DNA of 64,000 nt from a virus. The position numbers and the translations under genes are program-made. Location of the stretch: IMG/VR virus record IMGVR_UViG_3300047550_003482, positions 26,420 to 90,419 of that record; one strand, given 5' to 3'. Below are positions 9,874-21,513 of the stretch, one piece after another. Position 1 is the first letter of the stretch; every line of letters starts with the position of its first letter. The notes below the pieces were generated by a model. It had not been told where the DNA came from, did no database searches, and saw only the letters and a list, made by a program, of their open reading frames with translations.

Positions 9874-10560
9874 ATGAATATTTATTACGTTTATGCCTGG
9901 CTTAGAAATGATGGCACACCATATTATATAGGCAAAGGCAAAGGGAACAGAGCATATTTAAAAGGTCGGTTGTTCAAACCTCTTGATTCAAGAAGAATCA
10001 TTATAGTTGAAGCCAATTTAACAGAAATAGGAGCACTTGCGTTAGAACGTCGAATGATTCGTTGGTACGGACGAGAAGATTTAGGTACGGGTATTCTTAA
10101 AAATAAAACTGATGGAGGTGATGGTGTAACCAACACTCGCCTGACCCCGAAACAAAAACTTGCAAAAGGTCGTAAAAAAGATCAGCATTCAAATTTTGGT
10201 AAATTTGGTTCAGAAAATAGAGCAGCAAAAGAATACATAGTTATTACGCCAAATAGCCAACTCATCAAAATCAAAGGATTACATCAGTTTTGTAAGGAAA
10301 ATAATTTGTTATTGTCTAACGTTTCTTGGCACATAAATGGTGAAAACAAAAACGGAAAAATATTAAGCAATGTCTGTGGATATAGATTTTTTAAATATTC
10401 TGAAGAATTGCTTAAGAAATTCCAAGAACATATACCTCCATTTATTAAACCAAAACGAGGATCAGGAAAAATTAAATTTATTTGTAGATTGTCTGATAAA
10501 AAAGAATTAAGTAAGGCATCTGCTTCATTATGCATGCCTTACTTAAGGGAATATTTTTAA
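9874..10560 (+). CDS. GIY-YIG homing endonuclease
   Basis: [21 protein letters not shown]...E...I..YGR..G.L.N.TDGG. Confidence 0.85.
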   Translation: MNIYYVYAWLRNDGTPYYIGKGKGNRAYLKGRLFKPLDSRRIIIVEANLTEIGALALERRMIRWYGREDLGTGILKNKTDGGDGVTNTRLTPKQKLAKGRKKDQHSNFGKFGSENRAAKEYIVITPNSQLIKIKGLHQFCKENNLLLSNVSWHINGENKNGKILSNVCGYRFFKYSEELLKKFQEHIPPFIKPKRGSGKIKFICRLSDKKELSKASASLCMPYLREYF

Positions 10561-10638
10561 TTATCACGCTTTCAATTGATTAGATCGGACAATACCGATC
10601 TCACTATTTTTGTAGTATAGCGTAAAGCAGATTTATCG

Positions 10639-10806
10639 TCAAGAGTTGTTATCACGCTCCAGACGATCCAGAATCCTGGTGATCTTACGCTTGTGAACCT
10701 TGGCCACGGTCCTGCGATGCTTGGGAGCCGGGCCGCAGCAGGTGCAGAACCAGCCGCCAGGGCCAACGCGGCAGTGATGACGAGCATTGAACAGATTGGT
10801 CTTCAT
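10639..10806 (-). CDS. Small basic Cys-rich early protein
   Basis: Not in ORF track. MKTNLFNARHHCRVGPGGWFCTCCGPAPKHRR...; promoter 10833-10861 and SD. Confidence 0.65.
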   Translation of the reverse strand: MKTNLFNARHHCRVGPGGWFCTCCGPAPKHRRTVAKVHKRKITRILDRLERDNNS

Positions 10807-10924
10807 AGTTTGCTCTCTACTTCAGAAGTCTTAGTATAGCAGTGTTCGTATTTTCTGTCAAGAAATAGTATATTTTCAATTAGTTTCATTTGCCAAGGTA
10901 TTAGTAATGGTGATAAATATTTAT

Positions 10925-12352
10925 ATGAAATATAGCGAAATCAAACCCGTAGCCGAAGCTAGAAAACGTAGTGATGTAAATCTAACTATTCCAGTAAATG
11001 CCTGGATAAATAATTATTTTCGTGATGCCGAGCAACGTGGTGATAGTGTAGGTAATAGCGTCGTGTTAAATCTTTTCGTCAGCCTAACTGCTATACCTAA
11101 GTTGGGTATCAATCCGCGATCACATTACAATACACCAATGGGTATATATGCATATCCAGTAGAATATGTACTTGAAAAAGTTGGTCGTAAATTGCCACTA
11201 GATTTTTTACCATTCGCCGGTGACCAACCTTGGGTTAATATATTCCGTGTTAGTGAAAATAGCAACGTGATTGATTTGGATGAAGTTACTGAAGACATGT
11301 ACAATGACTATTGTCAACGTTTTTCTGAAATACTAAGCAAAAGCCACAAATCTCCGATAGAAAGAACTAATAAAATAGTTGCTGTTCTTAAAGACGAAGC
11401 CAATAGAGAGGCAAGAGTAAAAACTCCTGGTGGCAAACTATGGTATGTTTCTATGGAAGTTAGTAAAGAAATAGCAGACCTTTATGTGGAAAAATCAAGA
11501 TCATTAAGTTGGAACAAATTATTTAGAGATGTTGGTATAGATGGTTTCATTGATATGGGTAAGGGAATTATACATCCTAGTGAACCTACACAGGCTGTAT
11601 TTTTTAGTATGAAACCTATACAGGTATTAGATCGTGTTGAAAACAAATATAGTCCTGATCGTAGAGAAAAAAGCCAACTCAAAGGTCAGGCCAAAAAAGA
11701 AGAATTTGAACGATTGATTAAAGAATTTAGACAAGTATTAGCCACGGGTGATATTAAAGAAATAGAGTATTGGATGTCCGACGCAACAATGCGAAGTGAT
11801 ATAAAACCTAGTGTTTGGGTAAATAAAATACCTGTAAATTTAAGAGCAAAATACTTGATAAGAAATCCACATAGCTTGATGCAATTAACTAAGCCAACAA
11901 AATCTGACTATTTTAGTGCTATGGTTGGCAATCCATATAGGATAATATCCTATTTCAGAACACTTTATGATAAGGATGTATATGCATCTAATGGACTTTG
12001 GACTAAATTCTTAACACCACAAGAATTAGCACAAGCATTGTATCAATCAAAAAATTATGCTATTGGTAAAATAGGAGATGAAAGTGTACAAGATTTGTTT
12101 CGTTATATAAAGTTTGATGCCAAAAATATTGGTATTGATTTAACTAAACCCGCTAATTCTGTGGTGTTAACGGCATTAATAAATCTTAATCCTATGGTGT
12201 TTACAAATATGCTTGCAGTATATGCAAATGACGGCAAAATGTTAGGCAAAGATATTTACGAGTATGCTTTGTCTGTGGCAGATGGAAAAGAAAAAGCTGA
12301 AATTACCAAATACTGGAATTATTACAATCAATCTTTAGATTCCCAAGCTTGA
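10925..12352 (+). CDS. Probable late/virion-associated protein; N-terminal domain possibly ART-like
   Basis: Long ORF; TAAATA 5 nt before ATG; TPMGIYAYP...GIDGFID..G.IHPSEPTQAVFF. Confidence 0.6.
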   Translation: MKYSEIKPVAEARKRSDVNLTIPVNAWINNYFRDAEQRGDSVGNSVVLNLFVSLTAIPKLGINPRSHYNTPMGIYAYPVEYVLEKVGRKLPLDFLPFAGDQPWVNIFRVSENSNVIDLDEVTEDMYNDYCQRFSEILSKSHKSPIERTNKIVAVLKDEANREARVKTPGGKLWYVSMEVSKEIADLYVEKSRSLSWNKLFRDVGIDGFIDMGKGIIHPSEPTQAVFFSMKPIQVLDRVENKYSPDRREKSQLKGQAKKEEFERLIKEFRQVLATGDIKEIEYWMSDATMRSDIKPSVWVNKIPVNLRAKYLIRNPHSLMQLTKPTKSDYFSAMVGNPYRIISYFRTLYDKDVYASNGLWTKFLTPQELAQALYQSKNYAIGKIGDESVQDLFRYIKFDAKNIGIDLTKPANSVVLTALINLNPMVFTNMLAVYANDGKMLGKDIYEYALSVADGKEKAEITKYWNYYNQSLDSQA

Positions 12353-13066
12353 TGAACAACAATCCAATCTTCTAAGCAATCTTCAAAACTATAGTTTTCA
12401 TCAACATAGGATCGTTCATATTTTTCACACATATTGCTGTACCAATCGGGCCAATATGTTCGTCTAATATCATCTTCACTGACCGTATCTATGCAATTAT
12501 TATCAGCTGGTCTGCTAGGATCACGTATAACATATGAAAAATATCGCATAACTATATTTATGTTAAAACTTCATTTGGATACTCATCACTTGGCCTAAAA
12601 ACATATTCTGGACGTCACCATTCCAGCCACTATATTAAGAAATGCAGAGTTCATGTGTCTTTGAAGGTCAACTTCGGTAAATTGCATTAGATCAATACTT
12701 TTAGTCATTTTTAAGTCTTTCTTGTTAACAGGTTACTCTTGTAGGGCAATCATTACGAGTACAAACATATCCATATGGTTTGCCGTCTGCACCTATACCA
12801 CACACTGGACAACCTTTATTGATGTCAATTGGTTTAAAGGTTCGCGGGTTCCAATATTTTTCTGTTATAGGCAAAGTAGATTTAAGCTCATCAACATCTT
12901 TAATTAATTGGTTATATCCTGAATTTGCTTCTTGCTTTCCTTGATTATACCCTACTTCATATACCAAGTCAAGCATAGGTTTAATACGAGCAATCAGTGC
13001 CGTACCAACGTCGCTTAACGCCGTTGTGACCTTGTTAATTGTTTCTTCTTTATGTTTTTTATTCAT
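12328..13066 (-). other. Hypothetical CDSs (12328-12549; 12725-13066 with C-terminal Cys cluster)
   Basis: ORF track with starts adjusted. Confidence 0.6.
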
Positions 13067-13844
13067 GATACTCCCATAATGCTTTGAAAACGGCTGATAC
13101 GTCATTTTCATAGAATCCACTGCTATTGATACAGTTAAACTCTATTACTTTGACACGATTGTTTACCAGCGCAGTGTCCATGACTACACAATCATATGGT
13201 AGCCATTCATCAGCTATCGCTTGTGATTCCATTATAACATCAGGATCAACTTCACGCAACTTTCTCAGTTGACCATGTGCCCGATATAGCGAACCACTGA
13301 TAATTTTTCCACCAACAATAAACCAACGCCATTCTGCTTGAATAGTTTTTGGTGTTGCCAGTATAATTTTGGTTTCTGGATTTAATCCATATGATCCTTG
13401 CTCTCCGCGCTTATAGCTATCAATCATGCTTTTTAGATGCTCTAAAAGTTCAGAAGCATGATCTACGTATCCGCTAAAATGCTTTAAGTCTGCGTCTGGA
13501 CGCATGAAATAATATTCATCACTATTGGTCAAAAAAGAACAGGCATCTTCTGCCGTGAATACATTTTCTCCATTAAGCATATCACAACGATGTTTCATAG
13601 CATTGGTGTAGGTCATTACATCTGGATCAAAATGTAATCCCCGCCACCCTCGTTGAAATGCCAGTGTAGTGAATAGAGTAGAACCATAGGGAATATAATC
13701 AATACCTTCTATTAAAGTGTCTGATGTAATTTCTCTGGTAAATGGAATAACTCCAACAAATTCGTGTGGATAATTTTTTACAGCCTGTTTGACTAATGTC
13801 AACTGCTGTTCATTCATTAGATTATGTTGAATCAGGAATTTCAC
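13059..13844 (-). CDS. ATP-grasp domain protein (R2K/DUF4343-like)
   Basis: GTG start with GGAG SD; YGST, FMRP..K.F.G, EWRWFIV.G, MD.A....KVIEFNCINSSGFY. Confidence 0.75.
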   Translation of the reverse strand: MKFLIQHNLMNEQQLTLVKQAVKNYPHEFVGVIPFTREITSDTLIEGIDYIPYGSTLFTTLAFQRGWRGLHFDPDVMTYTNAMKHRCDMLNGENVFTAEDACSFLTNSDEYYFMRPDADLKHFSGYVDHASELLEHLKSMIDSYKRGEQGSYGLNPETKIILATPKTIQAEWRWFIVGGKIISGSLYRAHGQLRKLREVDPDVIMESQAIADEWLPYDCVVMDTALVNNRVKVIEFNCINSSGFYENDVSAVFKALWEYHE

Positions 13845-14112
13845 TTGTATCTCCATCATCCTTTGTACGTTGACCATCTGGTCCTGTAATATTGTATCTG
13901 CCACCACATTTGGCACAATAGAACCAAGACCAACCAAAACCATTATTGTGGAAATTACCGCCACGATGTCCTTCTTGAAAGCATTCTTGTCTAATTTGCC
14001 TCAATGCAGGATAGTAGACAGTTCTATCGTATTCACGCATGAGTTCTTCATTCTTTTTGCGACGGTCACGTTCCAATTCACGGTATCGTTCCCAGATCCA
14101 ATCTTTGCTCAT
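13822..14112 (-). CDS. Hypothetical zinc-binding protein
   Basis: C...GH...CAKCG. Confidence 0.65.
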   Translation of the reverse strand: MSKDWIWERYRELERDRRKKNEELMREYDRTVYYPALRQIRQECFQEGHRGGNFHNNGFGWSWFYCAKCGGRYNITGPDGQRTKDDGDTSEIPDST

Positions 14113-14225
14113 CCACCACTCCTAACTATGAAATTTGGATCAAATTCTACTTCAACTTGGAATGTATGTTTGGTTTCTTCGTTTGTTGTCTTCTAGTTGT
14201 TTGAATTGTGTGTTGAATTCTGCTG

Positions 14226-14591
14226 TCATGATGTAACCAATGCTACTAATCCAATATATGTAAGAGCATGTAAGAATTGATCCACCCCTAACAGCCACCA
14301 AAACTGTTCGTGTGTTGTTGGTCCCCATCCTAATCTCTTATTAAGATTCATTTTAGTCCAATCAATATGATAGTGAATAATCATATCAGCTAAAAAGAAA
14401 TAGATTGCTGCCAATGGAGCATACCAAACAAAACAAAGATATGTTCCTAGCCCATGAAGTCCTGCATGAAGAATACCGCCAGGATGACCGTAGGTGCCTT
14501 TGTTACTCCATTGATACCGAACCTGTAAGGGAAAATCTACGATGAAGTGTTTAGTAAACAACAAAGTAATAAGGATTAATGTATCGTTCAT
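14226..14591 (-). CDS. DUF3307-like membrane protein
   Basis: KHFIVDFPLQ, H...H, HYHIDW.K, G.DQFLH. Confidence 0.8.
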   Translation of the reverse strand: MNDTLILITLLFTKHFIVDFPLQVRYQWSNKGTYGHPGGILHAGLHGLGTYLCFVWYAPLAAIYFFLADMIIHYHIDWTKMNLNKRLGWGPTTHEQFWWLLGVDQFLHALTYIGLVALVTS

Positions 14592-14822
14592 ATCATACTA
14601 CCTTTCCAAGTACTCCTCGGATAAGACCGTCAAGTTCATGTTGATAGTCTTTTCCGATTCTACGTTTTTGCCAGATTGTTTCTAGCAGCACACGCATTTC
14701 CTCACCATCAACATATTTGGTATTATAATCCATCCCCCTATTTTCAAGTTCTTCAATTAGATCGTCAGTATCAAATTCTGACAAATCAACTTCAACTTCT
14801 GCGGTAACGTATTTCATTGGCA

Positions 14823-15041
14823 TTATTCTACTCCAAAATATTCTTTGATCATTTTACCGGGATATTCTCCACCATCATACGCATAGTTGCCAATCATAGC
14901 ACACTTTTGAATAATCAACTCGGCGAACGTTTGCATTTGCTTATAATTCCCGCCAATACCCCATCTACCCACTTTTATATCCTCACCAAAATCGGTGAGC
15001 ACTCCAGCCTGTTCAGCAAGTTCTTTAATTCGTTCGTTCAT
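14823..15041 (-). CDS. MNERI/FAEL/FGVE family member
   Basis: MNERIKELAEQAG..FAELIIQKC..IKEYFGVE. Confidence 0.8.
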   Translation of the reverse strand: MNERIKELAEQAGVLTDFGEDIKVGRWGIGGNYKQMQTFAELIIQKCAMIGNYAYDGGEYPGKMIKEYFGVE

Positions 15042-15216
15042 TTACCTTGTCCTTGTTCAACAATCCGCATGATATGTTCGACCCATTCCGGATTACGATC
15101 AATAATTTCATCAATTACTGTATCCTGTTCAGCAAGACTGCGCTTATCTAGTGTGGGATTACGCAAACAGTCGATTATTTCATCCAAGGTTAGATTTTTA
15201 TCATTGCCGATCTTAA

Positions 15217-15450
15217 TCATTCTTCAACTCCTAAATGTTCAGCAATATATTTGCTTGCCAAGACACAACCGTTAGCTTCTTTAATATCACCATGCTCTTC
15301 ATATCCAACAGCAGCAACATCGCACATACGCATACACTCCCTAATAATTAGCTCGGCGAACTTCTCAAACTTGTGTTCAATACCAAGTCTTTCCATTTCG
15401 GGCTTGTGAAACCCAGCCTCGTTAAAAAGTTTTTCAATTCGTTTATTCAT
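15217..15450 (-). CDS. MNERI/FAEL/FGVE family member
   Basis: MNKRIEKL..FAELIIREC..IAEHLGVEE. Confidence 0.8.
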   Translation of the reverse strand: MNKRIEKLFNEAGFHKPEMERLGIEHKFEKFAELIIRECMRMCDVAAVGYEEHGDIKEANGCVLASKYIAEHLGVEE

Positions 15451-15451
15451 T

Positions 15452-15694
15452 TTACACCCTTCTATTCCACTTGTCAATACATTCTTGACGACTATCACCG
15501 CTGATTTCAACACCACAACCACCTGATGTTGTTACACAATGAATACTGTAACACCACTGTTCTTTTGGTACTTCTCGGTAGTTGTGATAAGAACGATGAC
15601 CGTTAGCTCTAGGTTCCCAGCCAATACCGTTTGGATATAAGGTATCTGGATCATCTAGATCAACAGCATGACCGCAGAATGGGCAGGGTTTCAT
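15452..15694 (-). CDS. Lar-like zinc-ribbon protein
   Basis: MKPCPFCG...C....C...WNRR. Confidence 0.7.
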   Translation of the reverse strand: MKPCPFCGHAVDLDDPDTLYPNGIGWEPRANGHRSYHNYREVPKEQWCYSIHCVTTSGGCGVEISGDSRQECIDKWNRRV

Positions 15695-15695
15695 T

Positions 15696-15920
15696 TCATT
15701 TTACTCCGAAATGTTTTTCTATTGCTTGAATAGGGTCAACACAATTATATTCGAAACCGTCGATAAACTTAAGAGACATTCTATATGTAGAAAGAATATC
15801 AGTGACCTCAAGTAGTATTAGTTTAGCATATCGTTCAGTATCAAAATACCAAATTGGTTCACCATCAACAATTTTTTCTTCCCAACATTGATCTTCTAGT
15901 CTACGCAAATGCTTGTTCAT
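15696..15920 (-). CDS. MNERI family member (divergent)
   Basis: MNKHLRRLEDQC..YAKLIL..IEKHFGVK. Confidence 0.7.
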   Translation of the reverse strand: MNKHLRRLEDQCWEEKIVDGEPIWYFDTERYAKLILLEVTDILSTYRMSLKFIDGFEYNCVDPIQAIEKHFGVK

Positions 15921-16065
15921 TTTTTATTCCCGTTATTCTGCATCTGTCGCTTATAGTATTCATCCATGGTCTTTTTCCACTGTTCTGGTGTTGAATCACG
16001 TAAGTAGCCCTGTGGCTTACTAGTGCGACCACCACTATTAAAACTATGATATGCTGTTCTAAAAC

Positions 16066-16263
16066 TCATTCCTCAACTCCGAAATGTTTTCTAATCAAGT
16101 CTGATGATTGATATGGTTCCGCTTTGTTAGCAATACCCGCACATTCCTGAACAATTAAATCACCAAACAATCGCCAATCAAAATCACCAATATATTCACG
16201 GTCACTGCCATGATCTTTTTTCAAGCCTGCCTGTTTGGCGATTTCCAACATTCGTTCTTTCAT
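16066..16263 (-). CDS. MNERI family member
   Basis: MKERMLEIAKQAG..FGDLIVQEC..IRKHFGVEE. Confidence 0.8.
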   Translation of the reverse strand: MKERMLEIAKQAGLKKDHGSDREYIGDFDWRLFGDLIVQECAGIANKAEPYQSSDLIRKHFGVEE

Positions 16264-16526
16264 TCTTCAACTCCGAAATGTTCTTTTACTCGTCTTGCTG
16301 CATTTTGAACAGCATTGGCGCTTTCAAATTCATCTTTATCCCAGTACCACTTTGATTCTTTAAGAATAGTAGTTATACATTCCTGAACAATCAACTCGGC
16401 GAACTTTTCTAAGCCATCTAGTGATGGGATTACTGTCATTCCATCATTGGCATTGTCAAGTGCTTTTGTTTTACTGTAGTAGATCATTCCGGACTGTGCA
16501 GCAAGTTCACAAATTCGTTCATTCAT
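16260..16526 (-). CDS. MNERI family member
   Basis: MNERICELA..LEKFAELIVQEC..VKEHFGVEE. Confidence 0.8.
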   Translation of the reverse strand: MNERICELAAQSGMIYYSKTKALDNANDGMTVIPSLDGLEKFAELIVQECITTILKESKWYWDKDEFESANAVQNAARRVKEHFGVEE

Positions 16527-17970
16527 GTGCAGACCTCACAAGGTTACTGGCAAAATCTTTGGCACGGGCACGGGCAAACTTAACATATGCTGGGTTTTGG
16601 TCATTGATCAAATTCATACCTAGCCAGATTGGAACCCACCGATCAATACGTTCTATCCAACTATCCCAATTAAACTTTGGCCCACGATATCGTGGATTCA
16701 TCATACAAGCAAATTCGCTAGCGATATTTGCGTAGATGATGTTACAAATTTGTAGTTGTTTTCGTTCACTTAGTTTCATTTTAATTCCCTACAGTAAAAA
16801 TACTATGCCTTCATCATCAACTACTTCGTCAATTGAAGTTTCCTCGTCATCATATGGGCTCTTAAAGAAGACTCTAGCATTTAGGTCTTGTTTTTGGAGT
16901 AACTCAATCAGTTGTGCTACAGTCATTATTATGAATCCTGACAATTACAATCACCAGTACCGAAACAAGGTTCTCCACAATGTGGGCAACCTATAGTAGG
17001 ATGTGGATCTAACTTATTGAGAACTTTATAGTATTCTGCTGTACCAACCGGACCTCCACAGTCCATAGCGATTGCACAATGTGAATATCCTTTATCCAAC
17101 AGTTTCTTGATTTGCTCATTCATTTTACAGGTGTCCAATGAATGCCCAAGACTTTTTTAATCATCCAACGTTGAAAGCGATTGGGTGGTTTTTCAACGTA
17201 GATACAAATATATGTGGCATAAGCATCTGGAATTTCACGAAAACTTATCTTCCAATTTGGTTTAGGAGGCTCATGGAATTTCCATCCATCATTATGGTTT
17301 TTTTGGTTCATCTTCTGCCTTCAACTTCTTCTTCAATTGTCTAATTTCAGCCTTAAGATTACGATTCTCATAGTCTGCCCAACCAGCACGTTCCTGCATC
17401 TCATGCATTTGCTTGGCAAAGTCACGATCACTGGGTGTAACATCTTCTTCTGGAATAACGAAGAACTTACCTTGATCCCAATCGAATCCTGGATAAACGT
17501 TTTTTACTTTGACGAATGGTGTGCCGCCAACTGTAGAGTATGGTAGTTTGATCTGAATGACAACTTCGTCATCATCACGACTGTCACGGTGGTATAGATC
17601 AACTAGCCGTTTAAGTTCACTGAATTTCATTTTTTCTCATCCCATTCTATTCCACGGTCCTTAAACCATTTACGACGAACAGCCTTTTCTTGTTCTGTCT
17701 TAGCATGGAAAAACCAACTTTTGTAACCATTAACAAACAAGACCGCATCTGCGATAACAAAGCCTGCAATGACAATACCTAGTGAAAGTAGTCCCATATT
17801 ATTCTACCTCAAATAGTTCATAGTCAGCATAAGATACACTGGCCCGTTTATTCAAATCATTAATCTCAGCACGGGCTTTTTCAACAGAGTCAACAACACA
17901 ATAAATTCTACGCTGTTCTCCATTTCCCGGATAATATTCATCGTAATAGACAACAAAAACTTCGTTCATT
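16519..17970 (-). other. Run of small hypothetical early CDSs (16519-16779, about 16929-17123, 17120-17311, 17292-17630, about 17799-17969 and shorter ones)
   Basis: Tightly coupled ORFs. Confidence 0.6.
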
Positions 17971-17971
17971 A

Positions 17972-18184
17972 TTACACTCCAAATTTGCTCTTGATACTGT
18001 CGATTATAGCACGACATGCCCAGGAAATGTCTTCATTTTCAAAATTTGTTATGCCCATCAGGGCAACTTCTGACACACAATCCTGTACGACCATCTCAGT
18101 GTATCTCTCTAGATACTTGTTATCTGCGGCGACATACTGAGTCATACCAGAATCTTCCGCAAGTTTATGAATTCGTTCGTTCAT
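17972..18184 (-). CDS. MNERI family member
   Basis: MNERIHKLAEDSG..YTEMVVQDC..IKSKFGV. Confidence 0.75.
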   Translation of the reverse strand: MNERIHKLAEDSGMTQYVAADNKYLERYTEMVVQDCVSEVALMGITNFENEDISWACRAIIDSIKSKFGV

Positions 18185-18384
18185 TTTTTAACTCCAAAGT
18201 ACATTTTCATTTGTTTTGCGGTTCGCTTACACAAGTCTAGTTCTTGTTTGGAATAAACCGGCATAACATTATTCACGTATGTAGCACATTCCCGCACAAT
18301 GGCTTCGGCGAATTTTATTTCTTGCTCTGTTGCTGCTGATCCATATACTTGTTCAGCAATCTGGCGAATTTTTTCGTTCATCAT
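18181..18384 (-). CDS. MNERI family member
   Basis: MNEKIRQIAEQ..FAEAIVREC..MKMYFGVKK. Confidence 0.8.
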   Translation of the reverse strand: MMNEKIRQIAEQVYGSAATEQEIKFAEAIVRECATYVNNVMPVYSKQELDLCKRTAKQMKMYFGVKK

Positions 18385-18587
18385 TCAACTCCAAAATGTC
18401 GATACAAAACACCCTTAGCCCACATACCGTCCTCAGCACCATCATCTAGCTGTGCGGCAGATTCGCGAATCAGTTCAGCGGCAAACTTATCAAAAACGTC
18501 TTCACTGACAACATACAAACCGTCACTCCGACGGTTCATCTTTGACATACCAGCACTTACAGCAAGTTCTCGGATACGTTCGTTCAT
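18381..18587 (-). CDS. MNERI family member
   Basis: MNERIRELA..FAAELIRES..LYRHFGVE. Confidence 0.8.
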   Translation of the reverse strand: MNERIRELAVSAGMSKMNRRSDGLYVVSEDVFDKFAAELIRESAAQLDDGAEDGMWAKGVLYRHFGVE

Positions 18588-18756
18588 ACTGTTAAACTCC
18601 CCTTCTGCTTACGACTCTCTTGATGCTCTTCAGGTGAACGGTTTACACACAACCCACCATCATACAACATGGGTTGACCGCACCACGCTAGCCATTCTAG
18701 AGTAGGTAGTGTAAATTTTCTACCAGTTGTGTTCCATGCCATTTTAAATTCTTCGT

Positions 18757-19065
18757 TCATTTCATCGTCCTCCCAATCTCTGCTGCCGCCCTGACGATGG
18801 CGCGGCGGGTGGCGGCGTAGGGGTCGGCATCCGTTTCAGAAATAAGTGTTGGGTCATACGGAGCCACGGCATAAGAAGCATCGTATTCATCGCTACGCCG
18901 CACAGTAATGTTCAACTTCACCGACAGCCTGAAAGCATCGCCGTCGTCGGTGAGGGGGTTCCACCGACTGAGTATGTGTTCAAATGGTTCTGGGCTGGGC
19001 CACTCACCCGCCGCCTTCGCAGCAAACTGTAGCAACTCACGATCAGTTTCAGTCATCATGATCAC
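18757..19065 (-). CDS. Conserved phage protein (WNPL..DGDA.RL..ATRRAIV.AAA family)
   Basis: Recognisable motif; GC-rich relative to neighbours. Confidence 0.7.
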   Translation of the reverse strand: MIMMTETDRELLQFAAKAAGEWPSPEPFEHILSRWNPLTDDGDAFRLSVKLNITVRRSDEYDASYAVAPYDPTLISETDADPYAATRRAIVRAAAEIGRTMK

Positions 19066-21500
19066 TTCTTCTTCAAGAAAGTCTTTTCGTAATTGTCGAT
19101 CATAGCAGTCTGACGCTCATTCTGAGCCCGCAACCGCTTGAGTTCGATTTCACGAAAGCCCACTTGAGCGCCCAGGAAGTCGATCTGCTCGAGGCACTCT
19201 TCGAAAATCTTCCACATCTTCTCAGTATCGTGAGACACCAACAGCGCCTTCTGGATGATCTTGATACGAAAGCTCATGTCGTCACTCATGCTGCACTCCT
19301 TACTGCTCACTAGAAATACAGTATAGCACTAGACCGATTTATTGTCAAGATTTCTGAAACTCCCTGCGCCAATCGTTCAGAGAATAACCCCAAACTACTT
19401 GGCCATTACGAATCACTTTACCCATTTTTTCATATTCCAACAACCCGCTAACTGCTGACAAATACTTTACTATCTCCTGTGGTAGAGCTTTCTCCCATTT
19501 GTTAGAACGAATCATTTTTGCTAATTCAATGATTCTTTGATCTTTAAGACAGGCTTCAAGTGGCATTTCATAAATGATAAACAGTGCGATAGCATGACTG
19601 ATTTTGTCTACTAGTGAAACTTTTGAATCATCATCAAACTGTGTATTCACCCTAATAAAAGTTTCTAGTGGCCACTCGTTTTGGTCAATACGCCAGTTGC
19701 GAAGACCATAGATTACATCATCAGTTATCATCTGTTTCTGTAGTTGTTCAGCATAACTGATAAGTTGATGATCATAAGAATCATCATCTACGTCTTCAAT
19801 ATCCACAAGTTTACGAATTAGTTGATAAACAACAGCATCATTTTTGATTACTAGGGCAGGATGTTCACCACTGCCTCCACCGATACTAAGATAGTATTGA
19901 TTGATTACTTCAGTAGTATCGTCATCAATATCGATAAGATAAGACAGTGGCTTTTCCTCTAGAACCCAATAGATGGGTAATCCAAAAAATTTGGCCACAT
20001 GGGCGTGTTCTAATGAATCAATTGATGACATGATTTATCCAAGACTTCTACCTTGTTCTTCCCAATATGGATCGTCAAGTCTACTTTCTATATACTTTTC
20101 ATGGACGCGATAAAATTCTAACCAAACCATTTGATCTTCAAAAATTAGAGTTGGCACCCAAGCAAACACCCGCCTAGTTCTATAGTCACCGTGTTCGGGT
20201 GATTTTTTTTGAATTTTAGGCTCTACTCTCCAACGCATTTTCAAAACTCCTTAACATCATGCTTTTTGATTTGATCTTCCTTATTGATTTGATTCCAAAG
20301 AATTTCTTCTATCAATTTGTTCAGAGTAATGTCACGTTCATGAGCCAACATCATCAACTTAAACATTTCACTATCCTCTAGATCAATTGGAACTGATATA
20401 CGGGTATCGTATGACTTGCCCGATTTGATAGCAAGAGCCTTTTGAATCCAATCGTCATCAACGTCAAGGTCAATGTACTTTACATCGTCCCACGCCTGAT
20501 CTCTTCCATCTGAAGAATATTGTTCAAACGATTTTACCCAATCAGGGTTGATTAGACGATAGGCACGTTGATGCTTGTAATCGCAAGCTTCAACCATAAA
20601 CACTACCTGTGTAACGGTATCAAATGTAATACTGAAACTCCAACCATTGTGATCACCGTTCCATGCGCTAAGTATATACGCATTATCGGTAAAACAAACC
20701 CAAGTAAATTTATCACCTTCAGTGATACGGTAATCAACAATTTCCATCCATTCTTTTAGTGTAATCATTTTTAATCCTTTGTTAGTTTATGCAATAACAG
20801 TAAATGTTCATATGCTGCATGAACACTGGGGTTCTTAGAGTATAACTCCTTCGCAGTTTTTTGTAAAGCATCTATTCCCGCTAATGCAACATTATGGGCA
20901 CTTTCAACGTGTAGAGTATACATATCGTCGCCAAATGCCACTTTCAAATTATCCCAGGCTTGTTTTTGCTCAGGTGTCAGCGGTTTTTTCTTATGACGCA
21001 TCTCACTGGCTTTTACTAGTGCCTGTTCCATTACATCCAATGCTACACGACTAGCGGCAATCAATGCAGCATAATCTGGGTCAATATTATGCCGTGTACT
21101 ACGGCCGCCTGGATAGCACATGATTAAGTGATTACCTTTTGGTAGGGCGCTGACTAGATCATCATCGTATTCTTTTACTGGCACATAGCGCCGCCCAACT
21201 TTTTCATAGAATATTTTCTTTGTCATCAGGTTTTTCCCAATCGTTAGTAGTGTAATCCCAATGTCGTTGATCGTAGAAAGCAAACATTAGATCATGCCCA
21301 AACAGCCCTAGTAAGATTTCAAACCCTGCGTGGCTACACCGATGACTTACGACAAGATTGGCAGAAACAATAGTCCTAGATCGTGTTATATCAAGTTCCC
21401 AAAACTTGTACTGCCAAGGTGTAGGACCGGTCCAACTCTTAATACTGTTGAGTTTTTGTTGCGACCAAGGATTGGTGATGTTGAGTGCTAGATGAATCAT
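19062..21500 (-). other. Hypothetical CDSs (19062-19289, 19345-20031, 20035-20244, 20241-20768, 20771-21226, 21204-21500)
   Basis: ORF track with starts adjusted. Confidence 0.7.
19307..19348 (-). promoter_or_regulatory. Repeated early promoter-leader (type copy)
   Basis: TTGACA ataaatcggtctagTGc TATACT gtatttctagtga; -35 overlaps the upstream TGA stop. Confidence 0.9.
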
Positions 21501-21513
21501 TGTAGTATTTTAG

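Noticed and set aside
10572-10787. ORF-track 71-aa ORF MLVITAAL...
   Set aside because: The overlapping frame 10639-10806 has an ATG, an SD and an upstream promoter, and is preferred.
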